Source of the DNA: Octopus vulgaris
Lineage: Eukaryota
Direction of reading: 5' to 3'
Length of the DNA stretch: 64,000 bases
Assembly (NCBI GenBank): GCA_951406725.2
Contig: OX597831.1
Span: 64,356,001-64,420,000 of the forward strand
The translations under genes were made by a program, and so were the position numbers. Below are positions 1 through 12,577 of the stretch, piece after piece (position 1 is the first letter of the stretch; the number at the start of each line of letters is the position of its first letter). The notes under the pieces are model-generated. The model worked only from the letters and a program-made list of their open reading frames with translations. It was not told where the DNA came from and searched no databases.

Positions 1-192
1 AAGTGCCCTCCCCCAGCAGTCATTCCCCATTAATCAAGTGCATGCAGGGTGTAAGTTCATACACTTTGGACATGCTCTCTGCTCTCATTCACGTTTAAAA
101 ATTTTACAGAGATGCAGTCTTCTTTAACACCACTTTCCTTTCTAAGTAGAATATTAAAAATTTGGTGAGATTTTTGCTAAAGTAGAAAGTGT

Positions 193-611
193 GGATCTTT
201 TTGGTTTGAACGGCAGTTTTTTCTAGCGGTGTCATATGAAATTGTCACCCATAATTATGACCCTAGTATCGATCTATTGCATTTCAATCTGTTTTAGGGT
301 TAGGGTTAGTTAGGGCTAGGGATTGGGGCAAGGGTATCTTTTTTCTTCTTCACAAATGTAAATAAACCCAATCTGTTTCTTAAACGAGGGACGTATTCAT
401 ACAGCACAGAATGTTTTTTACCTCAATAGACGTCATTGATTGGTTGAAATTGAAGAAAAAAACAACAAATATCTTACAAACCATAGAATTTTCTCAATAA
501 AGCCAAGAGAAAAAAATGTTTTATAAACACATTCTACCAGTATACGAAGTTTAAAATTTTTTAGTTACCTAGAAATTATGTTAAAAACTGCCGTTCAAAC
601 CGAAAAGATCC
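193..611 (+). mobile_element. MITE, GGATC family, copy 1, with internal TTAGGG repeats
   Basis: TIRs GGATCTTTT(C/T)GGTTTGAACGGCAGTTTTT / AAAAACTGCCGTTCAAACCGAAAAGATCC; TSD gaaagtgt/aaaagtgt (7/8). Confidence 0.92.
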
Positions 612-2097
612 AAAAGTGTTTGTCCTCAGCCTTTTCAAGTGCATCTGTCTCTTTTGCCTGAGCTACCAGATAAACCAAAGCTGCCTGTCATTCCTAGCTT
701 GCCAAGGAAGGCAACAGGGAAGTTTTTGCAATGGATTCAATCGATAGCTGAATCTGTTTTACACATGTCAACACCTTTTATCAAAACATCACAAGTCAGC
801 AATGCTTGGACTCTGAACGAATACATACACAGCAATTTCATCACTCTGAATACATCGTGAATGGGCCCCATTGATTATGCCTGTAGAATTTTTCTTAATT
901 GAGCAATGACCCCCCCCCCCCCACTCCCTTGCAGTTTTGCAGAGCAAAGAATTTCTGAGTTATCAAAAGTCTTTAAGGCAAATGAAAGTTCTTCAGAATA
1001 AACTAGTCAGTTGTTTCTTGTTGACTCTCAGAGTTTGCCCAAGAACGCCATCACAGCCCACCACCACCACCACACCTCTAGCTACCTATAGAATGCCAAC
1101 ATGAAGGTTCCACCAGCCTCATTGCACTGCTAGTAGAGGGCTGGGAGTGTCTGAGAGCATTTCAGACGTCATGCAACAAGTCCTCCTCTAACAAGTCCCA
1201 AGGTTGCTGCACCATCAAAGTAAGACTTGCTAGGGAAAATGTACTTTCTGACAAACAGTGATCAAAGCTCGTCTTCAAAGAATCTCTGTAGACACTGCAG
1301 CCTTGGCATTTGTGCATCATTTTCCAGGAAATCCCCAATTTTCTATGAAGAGAAAGTTGGTAACAGAAGGATTGCCTAGCCAATAGAATGTGTTCTTTCC
1401 ACAGGTGGAAGGTCAATCACTCCAGTTTGACCAGACAAGAACTGAGACAAGGAAAGATGGTCAAACGATAACGTAGATGATATACAACTTGCTGACTCTG
1501 CAAGCCATTTTAGAGACTGTTATCTCCTCTCAGCTCATTATTGGGTAAGACTGGCTATCCTGCTCATAATCTCGTCCCATTTCTTATTCCTTAAAGGTTC
1601 ACACCAAACCGTATTCCAAGCAACTTCACCAGTCTTTCACAGAAGCAACCCAAAATATTTGTCTACAGTATGGTCTTATACTTTCAGTTGCTGAGCTGCA
1701 AGTAAGCTGAGTCACCATGTTACACTTTGCTCCTGTTGCCACCTCACATTTGTTTAGATGATGCTGGTGGTGTCGTTCACATAGACCAACAAGACCCTCC
1801 ATAGTTTTGGACAGTATGCCCCTCAACAATCACAGTTTTTTTCCATTAATGACTCAACAGTCAAAACACATAGAAGGTAACCGAGTGTGTGATGTAAAAC
1901 AGATCCATTTGGTGGCCATTTTTTCTGTCAGCTGAGCAAACATGATTCAGCTTCTGGAAATAGGACCAAAACTGACTATTCTAAGAGCAGCCGCCAAGTA
2001 ACGATGATTGATTGTAAAGATAGCTTTTGAGTGATCCAAATTGATCCCACCAAAACAAGTTTGTTTACTCTATGATGTATTGTATGAAGTGGGGTTT

Positions 2098-2590
2098 CAT
2101 CATCATCATTTAACGTCCGCTTTCCATGCAAGCATGGGTTGGATGATTTTGACTGAGGGCTGGCAAACCAGATGGCTGCACCAGGCTCCAATCTTGATCT
2201 GGCAGAGTTTCTACAACTGGATGCCCTTCCTAACGCCAACCACTCCGAGAGTGTAGTGGGTGCTTTTTACGTGCCACCGGCATGGGGGCCAGTCAGGCGG
2301 TACTGGCAATGACCTCGCCCGAATCTTTTTACACATGCCACCGGCACAGATGCCAGTAAAGCGACGTTGGTAATGATCACGCTTGAATGGTGCCCTTTTA
2401 TGTGCCACGGGTACGGAAGCCGGTTGGCTGCTCTGGCAACGAACATGCTCGGATGGTGCTCTTGGCACCCTACTAGCACAGGTATAAGTGCCAGTAAGGC
2501 GACGCTGGTAACGATCATACTCGAATAGCCACTCTGTCAACGATCACACTCGTATGGTGCTCTTTACACCATGCTAGCATGGATGCCGCA
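2098..2590 (-). mobile_element. SINE-like retroposon family E with (CAT)n tail
   Basis: catcatcatttaacgtccgctttccatgc...ggatgcccttcctaacgccaaccactccg recurs at ~35192, ~47095, ~52632 and inverted at ~62960-63240. Confidence 0.75.
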
Positions 2591-3597
2591 CAACTCTGTA
2601 CCTTACCTCTCACATTACCAACAACAAGTGCCTATTCATGAGCTTTAGTTCTGACAACTGTAATGTTTCGCATTGAAGAAATAGTTGTGAAACATTCTCG
2701 CTGATAGCACATTGGTCACAATACTTTTTCTCATCTTATCCTCCTCATTTGCTTGCTAGGACTCCTTCATATCTATTTTCTCTTATTTATATGCTGTTTT
2801 TCATAATCCTATCAATTTCACTTTAATCATCCCATCACTACCAATCCACAAATTCAATAATAATCTGTTTGCTCCTTTGCTCCTTGTCTGCACATTCTAT
2901 CTAGGGTGATTGATTGTGCAGTCTATAAATCTGTGCTGAATGGAAGCAACCAGTTGATCTGCTGATCTAATAAATAACCATTATAGATATGATCTGAATG
3001 ATTCAGTACAGTTACTCCACCACCACTCTGATACATTCAGCACCTGTCAAATAATTTAAACTGTCTGTGCATGTTTAAAAGGCTTTTACACAAGGCTTTT
3101 TCATCTATAGGTATGCATTGTATTATTCCAATGTGCATCAAAAATAATATTCTAGTCTAACACTAGTACTTAAGATTGGGACGTTTTCAAGATTGCTTAT
3201 ATACGTATGAAGAAATTTAACATCCATACTACAGTCAGAACATTGGAATTCACTAATTTAAAGCTGCTATCAATGTTGCTGCTGACTGGTAACAATTGTT
3301 ATGTGGAACTTCAAAGGAAGTGCTTGAATTTTCTTGCCAATTAATTCCAGGGTTGGTATCAGATTAAGCAGGCCAATCTTCTTATTTCAGATTACCATAA
3401 ATTTATGGCACTCATTGGGGGTAAACTACTTTCCATAAAGGATCTCTTGTTTCTTATTTGCCATTTGTCTAGGCTCCTCAATTTTTTAGTCCACTGTTTT
3501 TTCTTAGTAGTTTCCAACCCTTTTCTAATCTCCATTTCCTCATTACTGTTATGCGGTGGGGTGGTACTGCTAGTGGTTGTCTCTAGGCAGTTCGATG

Positions 3598-3905
3598 GTG
3601 GAGGCACATGGCCTAGTGGTTAGAGCAGCGGACTTGCGGTCGAAGGATCGCTGGTTCGAATCTCAGACCGGATGATGTGTGTGTTTATGAGCAATACACC
3701 TAAGCTCCACGCGGCTCCAGCAGAAGGTAATGGCAAAACTTCTGCTGACTCTTTTGCCACAACTTTCTCACACTCTTTCCTCCTGCATCTTGCAGCTCAC
3801 CTGTGATGGACCGGTGTCCTGTCCAGGTGGGGAACCTATACGCCAAGAAACCAGGAAACCAGCCCTTATGAGCCAGGCATGGCTCGAGAAGGAACAAACA
3901 ACAAC
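3598..3905 (+). mobile_element. tRNA-derived SINE, family C
   Basis: Box A tggcctagtggttaga, box B ggttcgaatctc, (CAA) tail, TSD ctaggcagttc(g/t)atg. Confidence 0.9.
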
Positions 3906-4373
3906 TAGGCAGTTCTATGCTGAAGAAGAGATCCCATTTAGCCATTATTGGTCTCTGGTGCTAATCGCACTAAGAATGAGACAATCTTATTTGCTTGCAC
4001 CAAGGTCATTTGTGAAACTGTTGTAAAAGTGACTCTGCAGTACTCTCTCTATCCTTTGCTCTTCTTCCAGATAATAGATCTTTACTACCACATGTGTAGC
4101 AGTTTGGCTTTTTACCCTACACTACCAGTCTAACTGACTTTCACTTCAGTCTCTAAATGCAATACAACTCTGAGATTGCCAGGTCCTAATGACCCTCTTC
4201 AGGATTCATTAGGACCAATCCGAATGTCCATACAGAACCCATCAAGTTACCTATTGTTGCAAATCACCTTTTGGATCCCATGTCTATAGTGTTGCACAAA
4301 GGTAATTACAAAACATGAGTCATTGTCTATGCTAATATATCTTGTCATGACCCTACTATTTTTGAGTCCCCTA

Positions 4374-4531
4374 CAGGACTGGTCCCAGGAATTTTTCAAA
4401 GGGAGGGCACTAGGTCAGCAAGAAATACAATTCCAGGAAAAAAGGGTATAATAACATTATATAGAAGGGTGCACTTCCTTTCTTGAGGGGGCACATGACC
4501 CTCAGACCCACCCCACTTGGGTCCGCCCCTG
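4374..4531. mobile_element. Short degenerate TIR element (CAGGGGCGGACCCAG type)
   Basis: Ends caggactggtcccagg / ttgggtccgcccctg, flanked by cccta on both sides. Confidence 0.4.
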
Positions 4532-5023
4532 CCCTATGCTATAGTTTGTAACCAGGAGCTCAATACATCTGCTTTTCTTGTCTCCTCACCTCATCCTTGG
4601 TCTTCAGCATATAACCTGCATACATTGGCCAAAGCTTCTCCTAAGTTTCCCTTCGAGGAGCTACGGAAGTTCACTGCTATTGTTTCTCATAAAGGAAACA
4701 GAGATATGTCACATTCTTTCTTACTCTTTCCTGGAGAAACTCATTTACCCAATCTTTTGTGTCACACATTTCCCATTGTTTCTCCTTTTAATTGAGCTGG
4801 CCTAAATTGAGTTCCTCTTTCTAAGAGACTTCCAACACAGTAATTGCTGGTAGCTTGGTTTCATTATATTTTCTTTTGTTCTTTAGTCTTTTTTATAATT
4901 TTATGTATTTATTTACTTACTTATTTATTGCTGTCCTAAGTGATTTTTTGCCTTTCTCCACCTTTTCCTTCGTTACCAACGAAGTAGAATTGATACTCAG
5001 AACCTTTGGATGTTACTATATTT

Positions 5024-5250
5024 ATTTCTTTATTGCCCACATGGGGCTAAATACAGAGGGGACAAACAAGGACAGACAAACGGATTAAGTCGATTACATT
5101 GACCCAGTGTGTAACTGGTACTTATTTAATTGACCCCGAAAGGATGAAAGGCAAAGTCAACCTCGGCAGAATTTGAACTCAGAACGTAACGGCAGACGAA
5201 ATACTGCTAGGCATTTCGCCCGGCCTGCTAATGATTGTGCCAGTTTGCCA
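5024..5250 (-). mobile_element. tRNA-derived SINE, family A
   Basis: Reverse complement of the ggcgagctggcagaaacgttagc...tgtcccctctgtgtttagccccttgtggg family. Confidence 0.88.
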
Positions 5251-6375
5251 CTTTTTGGATGTTACTATAGTAGTAGAGAAAATACCTCGACATTTCAGCG
5301 TCCTACCTCCGTTTGGCTAACGATGTTAGTGTTACTGAAGTTGAGGTAATTCCATTTGTTTCTGCTTCTGTTGGTCTATTCTCAGAAATGTCACTGACGA
5401 ATTTGTAGAAGATAAGGCAGCAGTAGACATGATATTTATGTGAAGAACCTATTGTTACCACCACTTATGCTGTTTTCTGCAACTACCCTCACGTTTTCTT
5501 TCTTCTGCACAAAAGGCCCTCAAATGGCCTTTAATCCTATATATAAATGACAATTTCCGTTTGTCTGTCTGTTACCATCTTTTACTGTCAATACCAGCGA
5601 ACCAATCTTCACCAAACTTTGCATACATGTTGAACTAACATCCATTTCAATTATAGGTTAATTTGATTTTAATAAGAATCGATAACGGGCCCCCCTACGG
5701 GAGTTGAGCTATTATATGGTAAAATGAGAAGAGTGCAAAAACTGTTAGGTTGAGGGAAATGTGGTGGTATAATGAAGGTGGCTTATATCAGGGAAGGGGA
5801 GGAGACAGAAATAAACAGAGACACGGGGAACTGAAGCAATAATACTCTAGATAATGTCTCTCATTTTCTTTCATAGAAGAACAGCCCCTTGAGGGAAATG
5901 TGGTGACATAATGAAGGTGGCTGATATCAGGGAAGGGAAAGATACAGGAAGAGACAGAGAATGGGAGAAACAGACAGAGACAGAGTGGGAGAGAGAGAAT
6001 ATGTGTACTGAGGGGAAGAGCGAATTTCAATACTTTATTCTTTCGTTTTTACTTATCCATTAACACATACGCTTTTGTGAATTAGTACGCTCAGTAAAAA
6101 AACTTTTACATTATGTCCATCAACAGATGTTAAAATAACAAGTGAAAGGTAAAGTGCTTTTACATTTGTTCTCAAATCACCGTATTAAGATTTATTACAA
6201 TTTGCCTACGTACTGAAGCAATAATACTATGTATAATGTGTTTCATTTTCTTCCATAGATGAATAGGCCGTTGTTGTCGGGCAATTTTTACAATAGAATG
6301 TCATATAATTTTGGTTTATTCTATGTCAGACCATGTCTTCCTCGTCAGATAGGTCTCTTGATCAGGACATATTTG

Positions 6376-6793
6376 GGATCTTTTCGGTTTGAACGGCAGT
6401 TTTTTCTAGCGGTGTCATATGAAATTGTCACCCATAATTATGACCCTAGTATCGATCTATTGCATTTCAATCTGTTTTAGGGTTAGGGTTAGGGGTGAGG
6501 GGAAGGGTATCTTTTTTTCTTCAGAAATTTAAATAAACCCAATCTGTTTCTTAAACGAGGGACATATTCATACGGCACAGAATGTTTTTTTACCTCAATA
6601 GACATCATTGAGTGGTTGAAATTGCAGAAATTGAAGAAAAACAACAACAAATATCTTACAAATTATAGAATTTTCTCAATAAAGCCAAGAGAAAACGATG
6701 TTTTATAAACACATTCTACCAGTATACGAAGTTTCAAATTTTTTAGTTACGTGGAAATTATGTTAAAACCGGCCGTTCAAACCGAAAAGATCC
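6376..6793 (+). mobile_element. MITE, GGATC family, copy 2
   Basis: Same TIRs; perfect 8-bp TSD catatttg. Confidence 0.93.
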
Positions 6794-7226
6794 CATATTT
6801 GTGCAATTTTTCGCAAAAAAACTTCCTTAACGATCTCTTTCCTTTTCTAATAATTTACATGTTTGTTCAAACGTTTCCAATGACTTTATTTATTAAAACT
6901 TCAGAAATTCTGACAACTTTGGTCGTTGTAATGCTTTGCTTTCCTTTGATTAATTCATCGGAATGATTTTGCTTTCATTTTGTGATAGACAGCTATCATG
7001 CTGAAAATACCGGTTTCGAAATCCTGTTTTCTGATTAGGTAAAATCGATTAAAATTTAAACCCCAGTATCAGGAAGGAGAGGAGACGGGAAGTGACAGAG
7101 AGACAGAGAATGTGAGAGACAGACAGAGAGAACGAGAGACAGGGATAGAGCGGGAGATAGAGAATGTGTTTACTGAAGGGAAGAGCAAATGTTAATGTTT
7201 TGTTCTTTAATTTTTACCTAACGCAC

Positions 7227-7960
7227 GCCTCCCGCCTCACAACTTACACCTCAGGATTTGTTGTTTGTTCCTTCTCGAGCCATGCCTGGCTCATAAGGGC
7301 CGGTTTCCCAGTTTCTTGGCGTATAGGTTCCCCACCTGGACGGGACGCCGGTCCATCGCAGGTGAGCTGCAAGAGGAAAGAGCGAGAGAAAGTTGTGGCA
7401 AAAGAGTCAGCAGAAGTTTCGCCATTACTTTCTGCCGGAGCTGCGTGGAGCTTAGGTGTTTCGCTCATAAACACACACATCGTCCGGTCTGAGATTCGAA
7501 CCCGCGATCCCTCGACCACTGCTCTAACCACTAGGCCATGTGCCTCCACACCTCAAGATTGGCACACCAGTGATGCTTTTAAGAAACCTGGACTCACCTA
7601 AGCTTTGCAATGGCGTACGACTTACGATCGACAAGATGACGCCAAGAGTCTTAGAGGCGACCATTCTCACTGGCAAAGCAAGTGGTAAGGTTGCCTTCAT
7701 ACCAGGAATTCCGCTGATTCCCTCTGACATGTTATTTGAGTTCAAGCGACAGCCATTTCCTGTAAAACTGAGTTTTGCAATGACCATAAACAAAGCCCAG
7801 GGACAGTCCTTGGAGGTGGTAGGCCTAAACCTTGCAGAACCTGTTTCTTCCCATGGCCAACTGTATGTACGATGCTCAAGAGTCAACAATCCGAATCATT
7901 TATTTATTTATTTATGCTCCAGAGGGCAAGACCGAAAATGTATATCAAAAGGCTCTGCAA
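7227..7960 (+). pseudogene. Helitron PIF1-like SF1 helicase C-terminal fragment
   Basis: LPPHNLHL[SINE]KIGTPVMLLRNLDSPKLCNGVRL...FPVKLSFAMTINKAQGQSL...HGQLYVRCSRV motifs. Confidence 0.9.
7258..7549 (-). mobile_element. tRNA-derived SINE, family C, inserted in the helicase
   Basis: Reverse complement of 3598-3905; TSD acctca(g/a)gatt. Confidence 0.9.
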
Positions 7961-8718
7961 ATTTTATAATAATCAACCACCAATCGTTTCATAGTCTCAC
8001 ATCGTCAGTTCTCTCATCCTTCCAACCATCCACCAATTCAACTTTGATTTTACCTTAGCATTACAATCTGTTGTGACGCCATCTTGGAAATCTCCAGCAC
8101 GCGTACGCAGGGCTGGAGTCTTCCGGGAGGCCTGCCGGAGGTTCCCTCATGCGCATGCGCAGAAAACTAGCAGCAGTGAAATTCCCTCGTATCGCCCTCT
8201 TGAACGCCAGCAGCTGAACAGGACAGACGTGTTTTATCAGCTCTCTCAAGCTGCTACCTCGTGGCGCATCTCCGCTATGCTTGAACGGACTCACTCCACT
8301 TGACTACTGCGATATGCTCCTAGGATGTCGATTCGCCCAGAGGAAGAAATGTATATATTGCGAATCAAAAAATTAAATATTTATACTGTTGAAGTCAATC
8401 GGAATTCTTGACTCTTTCTTCGATTAATATTTAATGTAAAGGATGTGAGCTGCACCTCTCATCCTGTTATAAATCAATCACTTTTATGATTCAAGTGTAT
8501 TACTTGCCAGTATTTGTAAATCTATTTGTAATTTAAACGGGAACTGAACAGGGAACGGGATAGAACATGAAACAGTGTAACGGGAGCGGGAACTGGAAAT
8601 AATCCCCGCTTTACCGGGTAATTCAGTTGGTATGATAAATACAGTAACTGAGCCTTTTGCTCTGCATCACCTCTCTGACTGACTTTTCCGTTCCCACAAA
8701 GAAGTATAACTTTAATAT

Positions 8719-9073
8719 CTATATATATAAACTGCAAAATTTCTGTGTGCGTGTCCTTTATACAAATCCACAATTTTTCAGTTAGAGGGTCGCACTTTCT
8801 ATGGTCATTCAAAACCGTCCCAGAGTGGTCGTGCACATCTTTACATTTCCCCATTCACCCCGCAAAGCCATTAAAAAAATCAATAGAAGTGACTTTTTTT
8901 GTGAATTTTCTATCCAAAACCCAATCAAAATGCCCGAAACTTGATACGCCAATTGAATGCCAGCTAGCTGTATGTGATTAGTCGGAGATTTGGGCAGTAC
9001 TCTCGTGTATGTGTGCACGCACGCAGCTGTATATGCATGCACTAGCAGTATGACCCAGCGTTGCCGGGTCATA
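8719..9073 (+). mobile_element. Short non-autonomous Helitron-like element
   Basis: Starts TCTATATATATAAA; ends with GC-rich hairpins around CTAG at 9042-9045. Confidence 0.6.
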
Positions 9074-9229
9074 GTAATAAATAAAGCAGAGAGGATTCTA
9101 TAGACTAGCGAAAGAAGAGTTGGTAAACCTTGGTCGATGTGTAGTAGGATATGTGCTCCCTTGATAAAATAGGGTATAAGGAAGAACGTGTCTGTTATTT
9201 AAAACTGAAGAGGTTCTAGATTTCTAGTA

Positions 9230-9600
9230 GATCCCACCTGGTCACATGTTGCTCAAGCCACCCCACACTCAATAACTACTCATGCTGTGCAACAAAAGTG
9301 CGATGAGCCCTGGGTCCACATCGATCCCAATATCTCTGGCTGTAATCCTTGTATTTATCCTGCTCATGTACTGCAGCAGTATCCCATTGTCGAAGATGTA
9401 CATAACGCACGACTCCTGTTTTCTTGCCTCATCTTCAGTTTTAAATAACAGACACGTTCTTCCTTATACCCTATTTTGTCAAGGGAACACATATCCTACT
9501 ACACATCGACCAAGGTTTACCAACTCTTCTTTCGCTAGTCTATAGAACCCTCTCTGCTTTATTTTTCTGGAAAAAAATAAATAATAAATAAACGAAAAAA
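9230..9600 (-). pseudogene. Decayed L1/Tx1-like ORF1 fragment
   Basis: GILLQYMSRINTRITARDIGIDVDPGLIALLL resembles VVMLPIYRGRRAIRVSVEGMPPDIDVAWIAAVVL of the 22-kb ORF1. Confidence 0.45.
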
Positions 9601-10431
9601 GGGGTATGTGATTTCCTTCCTTGCTCTTTCTTCGGTAAATTCTTTGAGAAAATAGATAGCTCTTCCACATTCTTTTTCTCTGAGATAAATTCTTTGGGAA
9701 AGGAGATAGATACAATTACCTCCTTGCTCGTTTTAGGGAAAATTCTTTGGATAAGAAGTCACCTCTTCCACACTATATATCTGTACATGTAAATATGTAG
9801 AATAGAATTTGAGCCTTTTAAAAACCGCTCCCAAAGACCAAGTATAAAACCCGAATCTTAACTTTACATCATCTAGTTGGGACTGATCCTAGGTTTTGGT
9901 GTTGTCATTAGCGACAGAAACAGTACTAATACCAAAACACCCTCTTTCTATCCAACTTAACGTGGATGTATTTCCAGGAGTTGACTCATGTTTAATATCT
10001 CACGTTTACTCGAAACACTAGCAAAAGATGAGTCATTCTTGATGTTTTGTTGTTGTTTACAGTGTTTTGTCATTTAAGTTCAAGTCGTTTGGAAGAAGGT
10101 GCTTTTTCATATTGTAACGACAAATGTTTGTTCAAAATTGTGTCTGTGTAAAATTGCTATGTTGTCTGGAACTAAGATTATAACCTGCCATTGTATCTCG
10201 AAAAATTGTGGAATGGCTTATTGATTACAATTGACAATGTTGTAGCATCTCCTCCCACTGTCACAGAAGGGACCATTTTGAAATGACACGATTAAAACAT
10301 GTCTAAAACATGTGTAACGGGGTGGATATTTAAATATTCCGATGCCCATAATTGATAAAACGAACAAAAATCAGTTTTCCATTCGGTATTCTGAGTGGGG
10401 TAGAAATTACTTTCTAATCGAGAACTCTGTT

Positions 10432-10517
10432 GAGAAGAAGAAGAAGAAGAAGAAGAAGAAGAAGAAGAAGAAGAAGAAGAAGAAGAAGAAGAAGAAGAAG
10501 AAGAAGAAGAAGAAGAA
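10432..10517. repeat. (GAA)n microsatellite
   Basis: Perfect GAA run. Confidence 0.95.
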
Positions 10518-10825
10518 TAGCGATAACAACAAAATAGCACTAGACGGCTCAGTCGCGTAAGGCGAATCAAGAAACCTCACAGATTTTGGAGTACCCTAAC
10601 CACCAAGGATCAGTCTTCTTCAGCTAACAGTCTTAAACCTGCACTCCAGATGCTATCATTTCTCTGCTCAACATTCCAGATGCCAAGAACTCATACTTGA
10701 TCTTCAGTTGACCCAAGACTTATAGCTCCGTGAAAGAAACGAAATGTGGGAGATGCTCTCAAGAAAATAAAAAAAAACCTCTACACCGGTTCCCCGCCCA
10801 GGAATCTCAATAAATACCTATTTCT

Positions 10826-11395
10826 ATTTCTTTACTACCCACAAGGGGCTAAACACAGAGAGGACAAACAAGGACAGACAAACGGATTAAGTCGATTATA
10901 TCGACCCCAGTGCGTAACTGGTACTTATTTAATCGACCCCGAAAGGATGAAAGGCAAAGTCGACCTCGGCGGAATTTGACCTCAGAACGTAGCAGCAGAC
11001 GAAATACCTATTTCTTTATTACCCACAAGGGGTTAAACACAGAGAGGACAAACAAGGACAGACAAACGGATTAAGTCGATTATATCGACCCCAGTGCATA
11101 ACTGGTACTTATTTAATCGACCCCGAAAGGATGAAGGGCAAAGTCAACCTCGGCGGAATTTGAACTGAGAACGTAGCGGCAGACGAAATACGGCTACGCA
11201 TTTCGCCCGGCGTGCTAACGTTTCTGCCAGCTCGCCGCCTTATCTCAATAAATACCTATTTCTTTACTATCCACAAGGGGCTAAACACAGAGGGGACAAA
11301 CAAGGACAGACCAAGGGATTAAGTCGATTACATCGACCCCAGTGCGTAACTGGTACTTAATTTATCGACCCCGAAAGGATGAAAGGCAAAGTCGC
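10826..11395 (-). mobile_element. Tandem SINE family A units (three units, two truncated)
   Basis: Repeated tttctttactacccacaagggg...cgaccccgaaaggatgaaaggcaaagtcg. Confidence 0.9.
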
Positions 11396-11519
11396 TCAAT
11401 AGATACCACAGCCTTAATGCATGTGTGCGTGTTATCAGCCAGTTTATACCGAGCCCATTGCACTGAAAGTCTTGACATCAAATGAACGAGATAACAAAGG
11501 TGTAACAGGGATTATAGTC

Positions 11520-11960
11520 ATTTACATCTATTATATCGATTAACACATCGATTACATCGATTTTGCCGAACTGCTACATTACAAAACGTAATCACACCAA
11601 CATTAGTTTTCAAGCGGTGTGTGTAAGGGGGTGGGGGAAACAAATGTAGACACAAAGACACACATACACACATATACATACAATTACATACACCCCCCCA
11701 CACACACATACATACACCCACACACACACAAACACATACACATACATACAATTACATACACCCACCCACACACACACACATATATATATACAATTACATA
11801 CACCCACGCACACACATACGACGGGCATATTTCTGTTTCCCTCTGCCAAATTCATTCACAAGGCTTTGGTCGGCCCGAGGCTATAGTAAAAGACACTTGC
11901 TCGATGTGCCACGCGGTGGGACTGACCCCGAAACCATGTAGTTGGGAAGCAAACTTCTTG
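11520..11960 (-). mobile_element. tRNA-derived SINE family B with CA microsatellite, head cut by the MITE
   Basis: cacaaggctttggtcggcccgaggctatagtaaaagacacttgc...accatgtagttgg. Confidence 0.8.
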
Positions 11961-12370
11961 GGATCTTTTTGGTTTGAACGGCAGTTTTTTCTAGCGGTGT
12001 CATATGAAATTGTCACCCATAATTATGACCCTAGTATCGATCTATTGCGTTTTAATCTGTGTTAGGGTTAGGGCTGGGGGGAAGGGTATCTTTTTTTCTT
12101 CACAAATGTAAATAAACCCAATCTGTTTCTTAAACGAGGGACATATTCATACGGCACAGAATGTTTTTTTACCTCAATAGACGTCAGGGATTGGTTGAAA
12201 TTGCAGAAATTGAAGAAAAAACAACAAATATCTTACAAACTATAGAATTTTCTCAATAAAGCCAAGAGAAAAAGATATTTTATAAACACATTCTACCAGT
12301 ATACGAGGTTTACAATTTTTTAGTTACCTAGAAATTATGTTAAAAACTGCCGTTCAAACCGAAAAGATCC
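11961..12370 (+). mobile_element. MITE, GGATC family, copy 3 (no matching TSD)
   Basis: Both TIRs intact; flanks acttcttg / caattcaa differ. Confidence 0.9.
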
Positions 12371-12577
12371 CAATTCAAACTAAACAAGGACGAAAATACG
12401 TATGTAGTCATTCGTCACTCACAATGGCTTCCGTTGATACAAGTCACCAAAGACATTCAGCTATTGTTTTTTTCTTGTCAAGCGTGTTTTGTAACAATGT
12501 TTACTGCTTCGCTGAAATATTGATTTGTTTTCATTTTCTGCACCTAGAAAGTTTGTGTCATTGTTTTGTTTTGTTTA

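Larger units (their letters stand above)
5536..7960 (+). mobile_element. Decayed Helitron, interrupted by a MITE and a SINE
   Basis: 5' end TCCTATATATAAA..GTCTGTCTGT..ccaatcttcaccaaacttt; repeated atcagggaaggg..gagacagag units; PIF1 helicase fragment at the right. Confidence 0.6.

Noticed and set aside
612-2040. Possible Penelope RT relic (KTGYPAHNLVPFL-like)
   Set aside because: Too degraded to call by eye; needs a translated profile search.
3598-3670. tRNA gene-like A and B boxes
   Set aside because: SINE head with body, tail and TSD; not a tRNA gene.
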